Assembly (NCBI GenBank): GCA_963926355.1
Contig: CAWUWW010000004.1
Span: 18,965 to 82,964, forward strand
From: an uncultured SAR86 cluster bacterium
Lineage (GTDB): Bacteria > Pseudomonadota > Gammaproteobacteria > Magnimaribacterales > D2472
Length of the DNA stretch: 64,000 nucleotides
Direction of reading: 5' to 3'
In this document: piece after piece, positions 47,952-58,403 of the stretch
Layout of the letters: each line of letters begins with the position of its first letter
How positions within the stretch are numbered: the stretch's first letter is position 1
Notes under the pieces: generated by a model
What the model was told of the DNA's origin: nothing
The model's input: the letters and a program-made list of their open reading frames with translations, nothing else
Database searches by the model: none
Program-made: the position numbers and the translations under genes

Positions 47952-50270
47952 ATGAAATCTCTATACATCAAAAATACCCTATTAAATTTCTTTAGTTTTT
48001 TTCTTATTGCTTTCTCGTTATATATTTTTATTACTTTAGTTTCATACGATCCTACCGATCCAGCTTTTTTTAATAAATCCTCATCTGTTCTTATAAATAA
48101 TTTAGGAGGGCCTCTGGGAGCAAATATATCTGATTTTTTATTTACTCTAATAGGCCTTGGTTCTTTTCTTTTATTGGTCATTGGTTGTGTTTGGGCTCTT
48201 CAAACTATTTTTTTTAAAGATATTTATGCATCTAAAACCAAAACCATTGTCAGGCTTCTAAGCTCCTTTATTTTATTAGTTAGTTTTTGTGCAGTTCTTG
48301 AATATTATTTTGAAAATAATGCAGGTGGATCTTTAGGTAAACTTATTTTTACAAACCTTTCAAATATTATTGGATTTATAGGTAGTTTAATATTTCTTGT
48401 TATCTTTCTTATTCCTGCCGCATCTCTTTCATTTAATTTTTCTTGGATAAAGAGATTAGAGGTACTTGGCGCTTTAATTCTTAAAATTTTTAATTTAACT
48501 CTTTCTGCTTCTAAGAGGGCGTCACAAAAATTAATAGATTTTATAAAATCTATATTGAACTCTCTTTCAAATAAAATTACTGAATTTAAAGAATCTCAAA
48601 AATTAAAAAAAGATTCTTTGAAGCAATCTAAGGTTGTTAAAGAATCTTTTAAAACAAAGATCATAGAAAAGGAATCCTTCTCTAATAAGTCATTGCCTGA
48701 GGAAGTTACTCAGCTCGACCTTCCAAATACCAGTGATACTGTCTTAAAAGAAGTTGAAATATCTTTTTCGAAGAGCGCCTTACCTCAAACAAAAACAAAA
48801 ATGCCAAGTACTGAACTCTTGGATAGGGCATTGGATGATGGATCTTCACTTACTGAGGAAGAGTTAAATGAAATAGCCTCGCTTCTAGAAATGAAGTTAG
48901 AGGAATTCGGTATTGATGCTAGCGTAGAATCAGTAATACCTGGCCCTGTTGTTACTAGGTTTGAAATTCAACCTGCCCCTGGAACAAAAGCAAGTAAAAT
49001 AACAGGTATTGCTCAGGATATTGCCAGATCACTTTCTGTAAGCAGCGTAAGGGTTGTCGAGGTCATTGAGGGTAAGTCTTACGTTGGTATTGAGATACCT
49101 AACACAAATCGTAAAATGGTTAGGCTGACTGAAATTTTATCTTCACAAGCATTCAAGAATTCACCTTCAAGCTTAACTCTTGCTTTAGGGCATGATATTT
49201 CTGGAAATGCTGTAGTTGTTGATCTTGCAAAAATGCCACATTTACTTGTTGCTGGAACCACAGGCTCCGGTAAGTCTGTGGGAGTTAATGCTATGTTGCT
49301 TAGTCTTCTATTTAAATCAGGTCCTGAAGACGTAAGGTTGATATTGATAGACCCAAAAATGTTGGAGCTTTCTGTCTATGATGGAATTCCCCACCTTCTA
49401 ACACCCGTTATAGTGGATATGACTGACGCATCTAATGCACTTAGGTGGTGTGTTGTTGAGATGGATAGAAGATATAAAATCATGGCCTCAATGGGCGTTA
49501 AAAACTTAGCTGGCTTTAATAAGAAAATAGCAGATGCGGCAGCTAATGGAAGGCAAATAATAGACCCAACAAATCCAGAAGATGAGGAGTATTTAGAAAA
49601 ACTTCCTTCAATAGTTGTGGTGGTTGATGAATTTGCCGACATGATGATGTTGGTTGGTAAGAAAGTTGAACACCTGATCGCAAGGATATCAGCAAAAGCT
49701 AGAGCCGCTGGGATTCATTTAATTCTGGCAACCCAAAGACCTTCAGTTGATGTAATAACAGGATTAATTAAAGCAAATATTCCTACTAGAATAGGCTTTC
49801 AAGTTTCAACTAAAATTGACTCTAGAACCATACTTGATCAAGGTGGAGCTGAGCAGCTATTAGGCTCGGGCGATATGCTCTATTTACCTCCAGGAGTAGG
49901 GGTTCCAATTCGTGTACATGGTGCTTTTGTTGGAGACGATGAGGTTCACAGAGTGGCTAGTGACTGGAGGAATAGAGCTGAGCCAAATTATGTTGATGAA
50001 ATTGTTTCCTCATCACAAGAAACAGGCCCTATAGCCGGTTGGTCAGGTTCAGAAACCTCCTCATCTTCAGAGGATGATGATGAGCTTTATGACGAAGCTG
50101 TAAATTTTGTATTAGAGTCTAGACGAGCTTCAATCTCAGCAGTGCAAAGAAAATTAAGGATTGGCTATAACAGAGCTGCAAGATTGATTGAGACAATGGA
50201 AGAGGCTGGGTTAATTTCTGAAATGAGCTCAAATGGATCTAGGGAAGTCCTTGTTCCAAAAAGAAATTAA
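47952..50270 (+). CDS. ftsK: DNA translocase FtsK
   Basis: N-terminal TM domain (SYDPTDPAF), Walker [21 protein letters not shown], and a gamma winged helix ([20 protein letters not shown]). Confidence 0.95.
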   Translation: MKSLYIKNTLLNFFSFFLIAFSLYIFITLVSYDPTDPAFFNKSSSVLINNLGGPLGANISDFLFTLIGLGSFLLLVIGCVWALQTIFFKDIYASKTKTIVRLLSSFILLVSFCAVLEYYFENNAGGSLGKLIFTNLSNIIGFIGSLIFLVIFLIPAASLSFNFSWIKRLEVLGALILKIFNLTLSASKRASQKLIDFIKSILNSLSNKITEFKESQKLKKDSLKQSKVVKESFKTKIIEKESFSNKSLPEEVTQLDLPNTSDTVLKEVEISFSKSALPQTKTKMPSTELLDRALDDGSSLTEEELNEIASLLEMKLEEFGIDASVESVIPGPVVTRFEIQPAPGTKASKITGIAQDIARSLSVSSVRVVEVIEGKSYVGIEIPNTNRKMVRLTEILSSQAFKNSPSSLTLALGHDISGNAVVVDLAKMPHLLVAGTTGSGKSVGVNAMLLSLLFKSGPEDVRLILIDPKMLELSVYDGIPHLLTPVIVDMTDASNALRWCVVEMDRRYKIMASMGVKNLAGFNKKIADAAANGRQIIDPTNPEDEEYLEKLPSIVVVVDEFADMMMLVGKKVEHLIARISAKARAAGIHLILATQRPSVDVITGLIKANIPTRIGFQVSTKIDSRTILDQGGAEQLLGSGDMLYLPPGVGVPIRVHGAFVGDDEVHRVASDWRNRAEPNYVDEIVSSSQETGPIAGWSGSETSSSSEDDDELYDEAVNFVLESRRASISAVQRKLRIGYNRAARLIETMEEAGLISEMSSNGSREVLVPKRN

Positions 50271-50772
50271 ATTGAAGTTAATATTCCTGTTCTTATTATC
50301 AATAATATCTCTTGATATATTCGCCAGCTCAGCTGTTGAAGACTTTAATAGTTTAATTGCTAAGAATTTAATATTTACACAAAAAACACTTAACATTGAA
50401 ACGGGTAAGTCAGAACTATCTAGCGGTAATATTGTTAGAAGTGAAATATCTCTAGTGATTAATATCGATAATCCCTATAAAGAAAGATATATTATTAATG
50501 ATTCAAATATTGAAATATATGACTTTGACTTCGATCAAACAAGAGTACTTTCCTTCAAAGATATTGATAACAAAATCTTTATTGACATCATTAAAAAAGG
50601 CATTGATTTAAATATTACTAATATTGTAGATATTTCTACTAACTCTTTTAAGATTGTTGATAAATTAGATAGAGAGATTTATATAGAAATAAAAGATAGT
50701 GATAGTTTTTTTATAAAATTCAAAGATAATATGAATATTACTAACTTGGTTGATTTTAAGGCAGCAATTTAA
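50233..50772 (+). CDS. lolA: LolA-like outer-membrane lipoprotein carrier (start possibly TTG 50272)
   Basis: Signal peptide [18 protein letters not shown], size, and conserved ftsK-lolA synteny. Sequence is divergent. Confidence 0.55.
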   Translation: MDLGKSLFQKEIKLKLIFLFLLSIISLDIFASSAVEDFNSLIAKNLIFTQKTLNIETGKSELSSGNIVRSEISLVINIDNPYKERYIINDSNIEIYDFDFDQTRVLSFKDIDNKIFIDIIKKGIDLNITNIVDISTNSFKIVDKLDREIYIEIKDSDSFFIKFKDNMNITNLVDFKAAI

Positions 50773-51128
50773 TGGGTATTCTATTTATAGGAATAGGCGG
50801 GGGACTGGGTGCCATATCTAGATATCTTCTGAGCGAGCTTTCTTTAAGGTTTATCCCTTTAGATTATCCTTTAGGCACTTTGGCAGTTAATGTTATTGGT
50901 TGTTTTTTTATTGGGCTATATATAGGTAATTCCATGCCAATTAAAGATACTTCATATTATTTTTTTATTATTGGTTTTCTAGGATCTTTTACTACCATGT
51001 CTGCCTTTACGCATCAGACAGTGCTGATGATTAATACTAATGTTATTAGTGCAGCATCATATATAATGCTAACTATAATACTCACGGTAGCAGCTACCTA
51101 TATTGGAACCTTAATTTCTAAACAATAA
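50772..51128 (+). CDS. crcB: fluoride channel CrcB/FluC
   Basis: Motifs GGGLGAISRY and GFLGSFTTMSAF, with 4 TM. Confidence 0.88.
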   Translation: MGILFIGIGGGLGAISRYLLSELSLRFIPLDYPLGTLAVNVIGCFFIGLYIGNSMPIKDTSYYFFIIGFLGSFTTMSAFTHQTVLMINTNVISAASYIMLTIILTVAATYIGTLISKQ

Positions 51129-51129
51129 A

Positions 51130-52374
51130 ATGATTGATATTAAACAACTTAGAGAAGATATTGAAGGCGTTGCAAGTGCGCTTAGTTCAAGAGGTTTTGA
51201 GTTAGATGTTGAGCTGTTTGTTGATCTTGATGATAAAAGAAAGTTACTACAAGTAGATACAGAACACCTTCAATCACAGAGAAAAAATCTTTCTGGTGAT
51301 TATGGAAAATTAAAATCCCAGGGTGGCGATACTGTTGATCTAAAAATTCGTATAGATACTATTAATTCTGACCTCAAGGTCAAAGATGAGGCATTGCAAC
51401 TAATTCAAAGTCAATTAAATGATTTTCTCTACAATATTCCAAATATTCCTAATAAAGATGTCCCCTTAGGTAGGGATGAGACAGAAAATAAAGTTATAGA
51501 GGTTTCTGGAGATATAACCTCTACCAACACGCTTGATCATTTGGAGATAGCATCAGACATTGATACAGACCTTGCCTCAAAACTTGCTGGCTCAAGATTT
51601 GTTGTTCTAAAAGGAGATATGGCTAAACTTCAAAGAGCGCTTATAAGCTTTATGCTTGATGTGGCAATTAAGAATGGTTACAAAGAACACTATGTTCCAT
51701 TTATGGCTAATGTTGATTCATTGACAGGTACGGGGCAGTTACCAAAATTTGAAGAAGATCTTTTTAAGGCATCTGATAGTTTGTATCTTATTCCAACAGC
51801 TGAGGTCCCATTAACTAATATTTACAGAGACGTAGTAGTCTCCGATAAAGATATCCCAATTAAACTTACCTCTCATACTCCATGCTTTAGATCAGAGGCA
51901 GGAAGCTATGGAAGGGATACAAAGGGTCTTATTAGGCAGCATCAATTTGAAAAAATTGAACTAGTCCAGGTTGTGGATTCTGAGAACTCTCTAGATGCAC
52001 TTGAGGGCTTGCTTAAAAATGCTAGAGAAATATTAGATCTTCTGGAATTGCCATATCAAGTTATAGAGCTTTGCACGGGGGACCTTGGATTCTCATCATG
52101 CAAAACATATGACATAGAAGTCTGGATACCTAGTCAAAATAAATACAGAGAAATTTCATCATGTTCAAATTTTAGTGATTTTCAAGCAAGAAGGTCAAAT
52201 ATCAAGATTTCAAAAGGTGGGTCAAAGCATCTTGCCCATACTATTAACGGATCAGCGCTAGCTGTGGGAAGAACTTTGGTTGCTTTAATAGAAAATAGGT
52301 ATGAAGGAGGAGATGAAATAACCCTTCCAATTGCTCTTAAACCATACTTTGATAGCCTAAAGATCAGTCTGTAA
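51130..52374 (+). CDS. serS: seryl-tRNA synthetase
   Basis: N-terminal coiled coil plus class II motifs (FRSEAGSYGRDTKGLIRQHQFEKIE, GSALAVGRTLVALIEN). Confidence 0.95.
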   Translation: MIDIKQLREDIEGVASALSSRGFELDVELFVDLDDKRKLLQVDTEHLQSQRKNLSGDYGKLKSQGGDTVDLKIRIDTINSDLKVKDEALQLIQSQLNDFLYNIPNIPNKDVPLGRDETENKVIEVSGDITSTNTLDHLEIASDIDTDLASKLAGSRFVVLKGDMAKLQRALISFMLDVAIKNGYKEHYVPFMANVDSLTGTGQLPKFEEDLFKASDSLYLIPTAEVPLTNIYRDVVVSDKDIPIKLTSHTPCFRSEAGSYGRDTKGLIRQHQFEKIELVQVVDSENSLDALEGLLKNAREILDLLELPYQVIELCTGDLGFSSCKTYDIEVWIPSQNKYREISSCSNFSDFQARRSNIKISKGGSKHLAHTINGSALAVGRTLVALIENRYEGGDEITLPIALKPYFDSLKISL

Positions 52375-52474
52375 CAAAAAAATCACACAATAGATACAAA
52401 AATCATTGATTTAATTCTTGTTTATTCATTTAAAAAGTTCATAATATTTACATAAACTTTTATGAGGATAATTC

Positions 52475-55400
52475 ATGTTTAATAATAATAATAGGTTCCT
52501 TCTTGCAGGGTTCTTCTTAATCTCACTATTTTCTGTAAATACTTTCGCATCAAATGATACGACATCATCTTTAAGAGGTGAATCTAACGTTGGATCTGCA
52601 TCTGTTGAAGTGACACATATTCCTACAGGAATAACGAAAACAACATCATCAGACGTAAACGGTGTTTTTTCAGTTGGTAATTTAAGACCCGGTGGGCCTT
52701 ATAAAATTACTATTACTAAATCAGGCTATGCTCCAGAATCATTAGAAGATGTATTTCTTTCTGTTTCTGAAACTGCAAAAGTATCTGTTGTTTTAGGTTT
52801 AATTGGTGCTATGGACGATGTTGTTGTGACTGGAACTAAATCCTCATCAGTTCAAACTTCTTTAGCTGTTACAGCTCAAGACATTGAAAATATCCCAAGT
52901 ATTGAAAGATCTATCTCAGACTATGTAAAAAAAGATTCTAGAATATTTGTTGAAGGAACTTCAAGAAATGCAACTATTTCAGTTTCTGGTACTAATAATA
53001 GATATAACAACTTCACAGTTGATGGTATCGAGCAAAATGACCAACTGGGTCTTAATGCCAATGGTTTCCCTTCTGTTAGAAACCCTATAAGTATAGAAAC
53101 TATAGAGCAGATCCAAGTTGATATTAGCCCATTTGATGTTTCTAAAGGAAACTTTACTGGTGCAAGTATTAACGCTGTTACTAAGTCTGGTACTAACGAA
53201 TTTACAGGATCTGTTTACTACTACAATACTGATCAAGACGATGTAGGTAAGCTTAATGGACGAAAAGTAGGCGTATTTGAAGATACCACTCAAGGCTTTG
53301 TTATTGGCGGACCAATTATTAAAGATAAGTTATTCTTCTTTGCATCTGTTGAAGAGTTTGAGTCTATCTCACCTTCTGACACTTACACATATAAGTTTGC
53401 TACTGATGCATTAATCACAGAAATAGCAGCCCAAACAAAAGCTTTATACGGTTATGATCCTGGTACTACAGACTTTACTCCTCCAGCTGAAATAGCTGAA
53501 AAAGAGCTATATAAACTCGATTACTACATAAACGAAAATCATAGACTTGAATACGTCTACAGTTACTCACAAGATAATGCCGTTAATCCTTATAACTACG
53601 ATATAAGATACAGCTCGCATTATTATAATTACCCAGCAACTACCGAGAAAGATACCTATGCTTACTATGGAGATATCGCTGATAACTTATATGTTCAAGT
53701 TAAATACTCAGAAGTGGAATGGGCGAATGATCAAGATGCACTTGGTGGAGAAGATTTCCCTGAGGTTAGAATTAAAATTGATGCTGCTGATGGCTCATAT
53801 ACACCCGGTGGTTCTTATGAAAATATATTCTTAGGACCAGACAAATATAGAAGTGCTAATGAGGGCTGGGCTTCAGATGAAATCCTTAACTTAAAAGCTG
53901 TTTACTCTATGGGTGACCATGAAATAACAGTTGGTTATGATTCTATTGATAAGACTCTTGGCAATCTATTTATATCTAGAGAAAACGGTGCATACCAGTT
54001 CGAGGGTGTTGATAATTACTTATCAGGTACTCCTAGCTTCTTCAGGTTTAATAAATCTGCAACAGGCGATCCTTACTATGCAACATCTGGATATAGCGGA
54101 ACTTTTGAAACTCTTTATGTCCAAGATAAATATTTTGTTTCTGATGTATTAACAGTTAACTATGGTCTTAGGTATGATAGCTTTGAAATGGACAGCGGTC
54201 CTGTTTACAACGCTTATGGTTCTGGTTTGCTTGGGTTTAGAAATGATACTCCAGCAAAATCAAGCATTGTTCAACCTAGATTTGGCTTTCAGCTGGATGC
54301 TACTGACCTATACTTTTCTAAGTTTGATAAAATTGTTTCTGCAGAGATACGAGGTGGTTACGGTTTATTTGCAGGAAGAGTTCCTAATGTTTGGATAGCA
54401 AGTCCATTTGCTAACTCTGGTGTAGTTCAATACGGCTCAAGAGACTATTCTCCATGTCCTGCTTCAACAGACTCAAGCTTTGTAGCTTCTGCTGACGGAA
54501 GAGATAGAACTTGTTTCAGAGCACCTGAAACTATTTATAACGACTTCCCTTATTCTGAGTTTGCGAGTACAAGTTCATCTGAAGGAATAGATCCTAATTA
54601 TGAAACTCCTTCTACATGGAAACTAAATCTAGAGCTATTATTAGCTACAGCAAATGGCTATAACGTCAAATTAGCTTTTAATAAAGATGATTCAGAAGAT
54701 GGAATTGGTTTCTCAGATGCCTCGGCAACAGTAGATCAAGCTGGTTTAACAGGCGTAAAAACCTATGATTCTAAGTATGCAAATTACATAACTAATGCAG
54801 AAGGAACATCTTCAGAGTCATTCACTATTTCAATGGATAAAACTTTTGACAATGGAGTTGATGTGTTTGCTAGTTATACTGGACTGGATGCACAATCTGG
54901 TTGGATTGGCACTTCATCTCAGCTTTCATCAAACCTATCTTATATGCCTAGAACTGACCTCATGAATGTCCAGGTTGGTAATACACCATGGGCTGTTGAG
55001 GACAGAATAGTTGCAGGTTTAAACTATACTGCTAATTGGATTCCTGGCGCTCCAACTTCATTTTCATTGTTCTACAAAGCTTATTCAGGAAAAAGATTCT
55101 CTTACATAATGGATGGCTTTGATGATGGTTATGACGATGCTAGTACATTGGTATACGTTCCAACTGTAAACGATCCTAATGTTGTTTATTCAGGTACAAC
55201 TGAAGCAGATATAATTAATGCTCTAAAAGGCGTTGGAACTCCAGGATCTCATGTTGCTGCTAATACAGGTAAAGTTGCTTGGACAAGAAACTTAGATCTT
55301 AGAATAGCTCAAGAAATTCCTTCAGTCCTTAACCATAAGTTAGTTCTGTACTTTGACGTTCTAAATGTTCTAAATTTATTAGATGATAAAAAAGGTCACA

Positions 55401-55558
55401 GTGAGTATAGAAGCTATGGTAGTTACGGAATTGTTACTTCTGACGGTTTAGACTCTCAAGGTAGAATTATTTATACCGGAACTAATGTTAGTGATGCAAG
55501 GCTAGATAGCTATGCTTCTAGATATAGAATGCAATTAGGATTTGTTTACAAGTTCTAA
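52475..55558 (+). CDS. TonB-dependent receptor, Oar-like (carboxypeptidase-regulatory-like N-domain)
   Basis: Signal peptide, CarboxypepD_reg-like segment (GVFSVGNLRPGGPYKITITKSGY), plug, about 1000 aa, C-terminal GFVYKF. Confidence 0.88.
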   Translation: MFNNNNRFLLAGFFLISLFSVNTFASNDTTSSLRGESNVGSASVEVTHIPTGITKTTSSDVNGVFSVGNLRPGGPYKITITKSGYAPESLEDVFLSVSETAKVSVVLGLIGAMDDVVVTGTKSSSVQTSLAVTAQDIENIPSIERSISDYVKKDSRIFVEGTSRNATISVSGTNNRYNNFTVDGIEQNDQLGLNANGFPSVRNPISIETIEQIQVDISPFDVSKGNFTGASINAVTKSGTNEFTGSVYYYNTDQDDVGKLNGRKVGVFEDTTQGFVIGGPIIKDKLFFFASVEEFESISPSDTYTYKFATDALITEIAAQTKALYGYDPGTTDFTPPAEIAEKELYKLDYYINENHRLEYVYSYSQDNAVNPYNYDIRYSSHYYNYPATTEKDTYAYYGDIADNLYVQVKYSEVEWANDQDALGGEDFPEVRIKIDAADGSYTPGGSYENIFLGPDKYRSANEGWASDEILNLKAVYSMGDHEITVGYDSIDKTLGNLFISRENGAYQFEGVDNYLSGTPSFFRFNKSATGDPYYATSGYSGTFETLYVQDKYFVSDVLTVNYGLRYDSFEMDSGPVYNAYGSGLLGFRNDTPAKSSIVQPRFGFQLDATDLYFSKFDKIVSAEIRGGYGLFAGRVPNVWIASPFANSGVVQYGSRDYSPCPASTDSSFVASADGRDRTCFRAPETIYNDFPYSEFASTSSSEGIDPNYETPSTWKLNLELLLATANGYNVKLAFNKDDSEDGIGFSDASATVDQAGLTGVKTYDSKYANYITNAEGTSSESFTISMDKTFDNGVDVFASYTGLDAQSGWIGTSSQLSSNLSYMPRTDLMNVQVGNTPWAVEDRIVAGLNYTANWIPGAPTSFSLFYKAYSGKRFSYIMDGFDDGYDDASTLVYVPTVNDPNVVYSGTTEADIINALKGVGTPGSHVAANTGKVAWTRNLDLRIAQEIPSVLNHKLVLYFDVLNVLNLLDDKKGHSEYRSYGSYGIVTSDGLDSQGRIIYTGTNVSDARLDSYASRYRMQLGFVYKF

Positions 55559-55571
55559 AATAGAATATTAT

Positions 55572-55602
55572 AAAAAAAGGCAGTTTATCTGCCTTTTTTT
55601 TT
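55572..55602 (+). terminator. rho-independent terminator
   Basis: GGCAG, loop TTTAT, CTGCC, followed by T9. An A7 run lies upstream. Confidence 0.75.
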
Positions 55603-55616
55603 GCTAGAATTAAAGT

Positions 55617-56519
55617 ATGAATTTATTAATACCAGAACTATCATTCAAAGATATTGAGAAGGGCGACGCTGAGGCTATCAAACTTCTTAACAGTGCACTT
55701 GCTGGCCACGGCTTTTTCTCTATAACTGAGCACGGACTATCTAAAAACTTGCTTGATAGGTGTTACAAATCTTCAAAAGATTTTTTTAATCTAGAGAGTA
55801 ATATCAAGCTTAAATATAACAGTCAAAGCTCAAAGGGAGCCAGAGGTTTTACTCCCCCTGGTATTGAAACTGCTGTTGGTGAAAAAATTGCTGATCAAAA
55901 AGAATTCTGGCATCACGGACCCATTATCAACTCTTCCTATGACACAGGAATACCGGGAAACATTAAAATAAATGAAGTATCGGACTTTAATGACAATTTT
56001 GACGATCTTTACAGTGAACTTCACGCTATAGGAATTAGAATCATGTCCGTAATAGCCCTTTCTATAGGCTTAGATAAGGACTATTTTTTTCCATGGATAG
56101 AAAAAGGCAACTCTCTGTTAAGGTCTATTTACTATCCTCCTGTTGATGGGTCATTGAATCCTCATAGGGCAAGGGCACATGAGGACATAAATTTAATTAC
56201 TTTATTGGTTGGTGCAGAAGAGGGAGGGCTGGAAGTACTTAATAAAGACGGTATTTGGATTAAAGTAAAACCAAGCTCTCATTCCATAGTCTGTAATATT
56301 GGAGATATGATGCAGCTTGTTACAGATAAGAAATTAAAAAGCACTACGCATAGGGTTATGCAGTATGAGGGTGAAATTTCAAAACCTAGGTACAGCATTC
56401 CTTTTTTCCTTCACCCATCACCAAGTGTTGTTCTTAAGTCTGTCTTTAATAAAGATGATAAGGGCATTCTCGCAGATGATTTTTTAAATGAAAGGCTCAA
56501 AGCTATTAAGCTATACTAA
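55617..56519 (+). CDS. 2-oxoglutarate/Fe(II)-dependent oxygenase (isopenicillin-N-synthase-like)
   Basis: H-x-D (AHEDINLITLL) with distal HRV and a conserved R-x-S (PRYSIPFF). Confidence 0.75.
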   Translation: MNLLIPELSFKDIEKGDAEAIKLLNSALAGHGFFSITEHGLSKNLLDRCYKSSKDFFNLESNIKLKYNSQSSKGARGFTPPGIETAVGEKIADQKEFWHHGPIINSSYDTGIPGNIKINEVSDFNDNFDDLYSELHAIGIRIMSVIALSIGLDKDYFFPWIEKGNSLLRSIYYPPVDGSLNPHRARAHEDINLITLLVGAEEGGLEVLNKDGIWIKVKPSSHSIVCNIGDMMQLVTDKKLKSTTHRVMQYEGEISKPRYSIPFFLHPSPSVVLKSVFNKDDKGILADDFLNERLKAIKLY

Positions 56520-56522
56520 ACC

Positions 56523-57770
56523 ATGACAATACTTAACATTCTCCAAATAGGAGTTGGCTTTCTCGGTCTTATAGCTATCGCAATACCCTTCTCTGATAAC
56601 TATAAATTAATAAATTTTAAATATATATTTTATGGAATACTTGCTCAGATTATTCTTGGATTAATTTTAATTAAACTACCTCTTATAACAACTGCATTTG
56701 AGTACTTAGCAGATGGTGTTACTGTTCTTCAAGAGGGAACTCAGAGAGGCGCCCAATTTCTTTTTGGTTACCCGGGTCCTATAACTGAGGGTTACCCTGG
56801 CTTGTTGTCAACTTTTGCATTTGGAATACTTCCTTATATTATTGTTTTGTCATGCCTGTCTGCGATGATGTGGTATTGGGGCGTTCTTCCTTTTATCGTA
56901 AATATACTTTCCAAAGTCTGTCAAAAGCTATTCAATATTGGTGGTCCAATCGGTCTTGGTGCGGCAGCTAATGTCTTCTTAGGTCAGGTTGAAGCTCCTC
57001 TGCTAATAAGACCTTATCTGGACAAGCTCTCAAATAAGGAGCTCCTCATACTCATGACAACAGGGATGGCAACTGTTGCCGGCTCCGTAATGATTGCTTT
57101 AATAACAATTCTTCAAGTTCAGTTTGGAGATATAAATCTAATTCAACATTTTATAACTGCCTCTGTACTATCTGTTCCTGCAGCCATAATGTATGCAAAT
57201 ATAATGATACCCTCAAATGAGGTAACGGATTTTGAGGGAAGTAGAACTCCTAAGATATACAAAAGTACAATGGATGCTATAACAAGAGGAACCTCAGATG
57301 GAACTAGTATTGCTATAAGTATTGGAGCCATTCTTATAGTTTTTATAGCTTTAGTATATTTTGCTAATTCTTTTCTTGGTTTAATTGGAAATCAGATCGG
57401 CTTAGACATTTCTATTGAAGGTATTCTTGGGTATGTTTTTGCGCCCATAGCTTGGCTTATGGGCATTCCTTGGAATGAAGCTATTATCTCAGGAGAGTTG
57501 CTGGGAATAAAAACTACTCTGAATGAGTTTGTTGCCTATGGCGCTATGGCCAATCTCGAGGAAGGCCTGCTTTCTGACAGATCTAAATTAATTACTCTAT
57601 ATGGCCTTTGTGGTTTTGCTAACTTTTCATCTGTTGGTATTTTAGTTTCTGGAATTGGGGCTATGGCGCCAGAAAGAAAAGGTGATCTTATTGATGTTTC
57701 GTTTAAAGCTCTCATTGGCGCAACCCTTGCATCTTGCATGACAGGGCTTGTTGTTGGATGTTTTATCTAG
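56523..57770 (+). CDS. nupC: NupC/CNT-family nucleoside transporter
   Basis: CNT blocks (GAQFLFG, GGPIGLGAAANVFLGQVEAPLLIRPYL, NEFVAY, LCGFANFSSVGI). Confidence 0.85.
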   Translation: MTILNILQIGVGFLGLIAIAIPFSDNYKLINFKYIFYGILAQIILGLILIKLPLITTAFEYLADGVTVLQEGTQRGAQFLFGYPGPITEGYPGLLSTFAFGILPYIIVLSCLSAMMWYWGVLPFIVNILSKVCQKLFNIGGPIGLGAAANVFLGQVEAPLLIRPYLDKLSNKELLILMTTGMATVAGSVMIALITILQVQFGDINLIQHFITASVLSVPAAIMYANIMIPSNEVTDFEGSRTPKIYKSTMDAITRGTSDGTSIAISIGAILIVFIALVYFANSFLGLIGNQIGLDISIEGILGYVFAPIAWLMGIPWNEAIISGELLGIKTTLNEFVAYGAMANLEEGLLSDRSKLITLYGLCGFANFSSVGILVSGIGAMAPERKGDLIDVSFKALIGATLASCMTGLVVGCFI

Positions 57771-58210
57771 TTATTTATAACAATAAATAAATTTAGGTAG
57801 GATGCAAAAAATAACCATACGACATAAGGTATATAGATAATACCTGAAAGCTTATCAAGATTAATCATTTGAATCAGTAACTTAATATTTAAGAATATTA
57901 AGAACCATATATTTAACAGTGCAAGCAAAGGCATATGAAAGCTAAAAAATAACCAAGACCAAATAGTATTAAAAAAAAGCTGAGCTAAAAAAGTATTTTT
58001 AGTTATTTCAAATGTTCTAAATGCTGATATTGACATGAGGACATAAAGAATGGGCCAGACAATACCAAACACATAACCAGGGGGGTTAAGGTCTGATTTT
58101 ATAAGACTTTGATACCATTGATCGGTTGCTGTATTCGAAGATGCCAGACCGCCTAAAAATAGTGCGAGAAGGACTATTGGAAATACTGCTATTTTTTTGT
58201 TAAAAAACAA
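57767..58210 (-). CDS. tspO: TspO/MBR tryptophan-rich sensory protein
   Basis: Motif WYQSLIKSDLNPPGYVFGIVWPILY and 5 TM. TTG start. Confidence 0.8.
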   Translation of the reverse strand: MFFNKKIAVFPIVLLALFLGGLASSNTATDQWYQSLIKSDLNPPGYVFGIVWPILYVLMSISAFRTFEITKNTFLAQLFFNTIWSWLFFSFHMPLLALLNIWFLIFLNIKLLIQMINLDKLSGIIYIPYVVWLFFASYLNLFIVINN

Positions 58211-58403
58211 AACTTATCTTTTTCTAAAAAACCTTAATACAGTTAATTTAATATCAGAAAGAAGTGTTGATCCTTTAGGCCTAGCTTCTATAAAAATATA
58301 AAAACTAACAAAAATTGTTGAAATTAAAAAAACCCAAACTGCGTCGTATTCACCCATAATATTGTAATTATAATTGTTTTAAATTTTTATATGTAACTTA
58401 AAT

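Noticed and set aside
47912-48181. 89-aa basic ORF antisense to the ftsK 5-prime end, sitting where E. coli has lrp between trxB and ftsK.
   Set aside because: It has no Lrp/AsnC motifs. The opposite strand encodes the canonical FtsK N-terminal membrane domain (SYDPTDPAF...GGPLGA), so ftsK is the real gene.
50772-51128. Fluoride riboswitch expected upstream of crcB.
   Set aside because: crcB overlaps the lolA stop codon, so there is no untranslated leader in which a riboswitch could reside.
52437-52453. GTTCAT-N5-TTACAT, an 11-bp-phased Pho-like repeat upstream of the Oar-like TonB receptor.
   Set aside because: Both half-sites match at only 4/6. The geometry would put the transcription start practically on the ATG. 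It is indistinguishable from AT-rich background.
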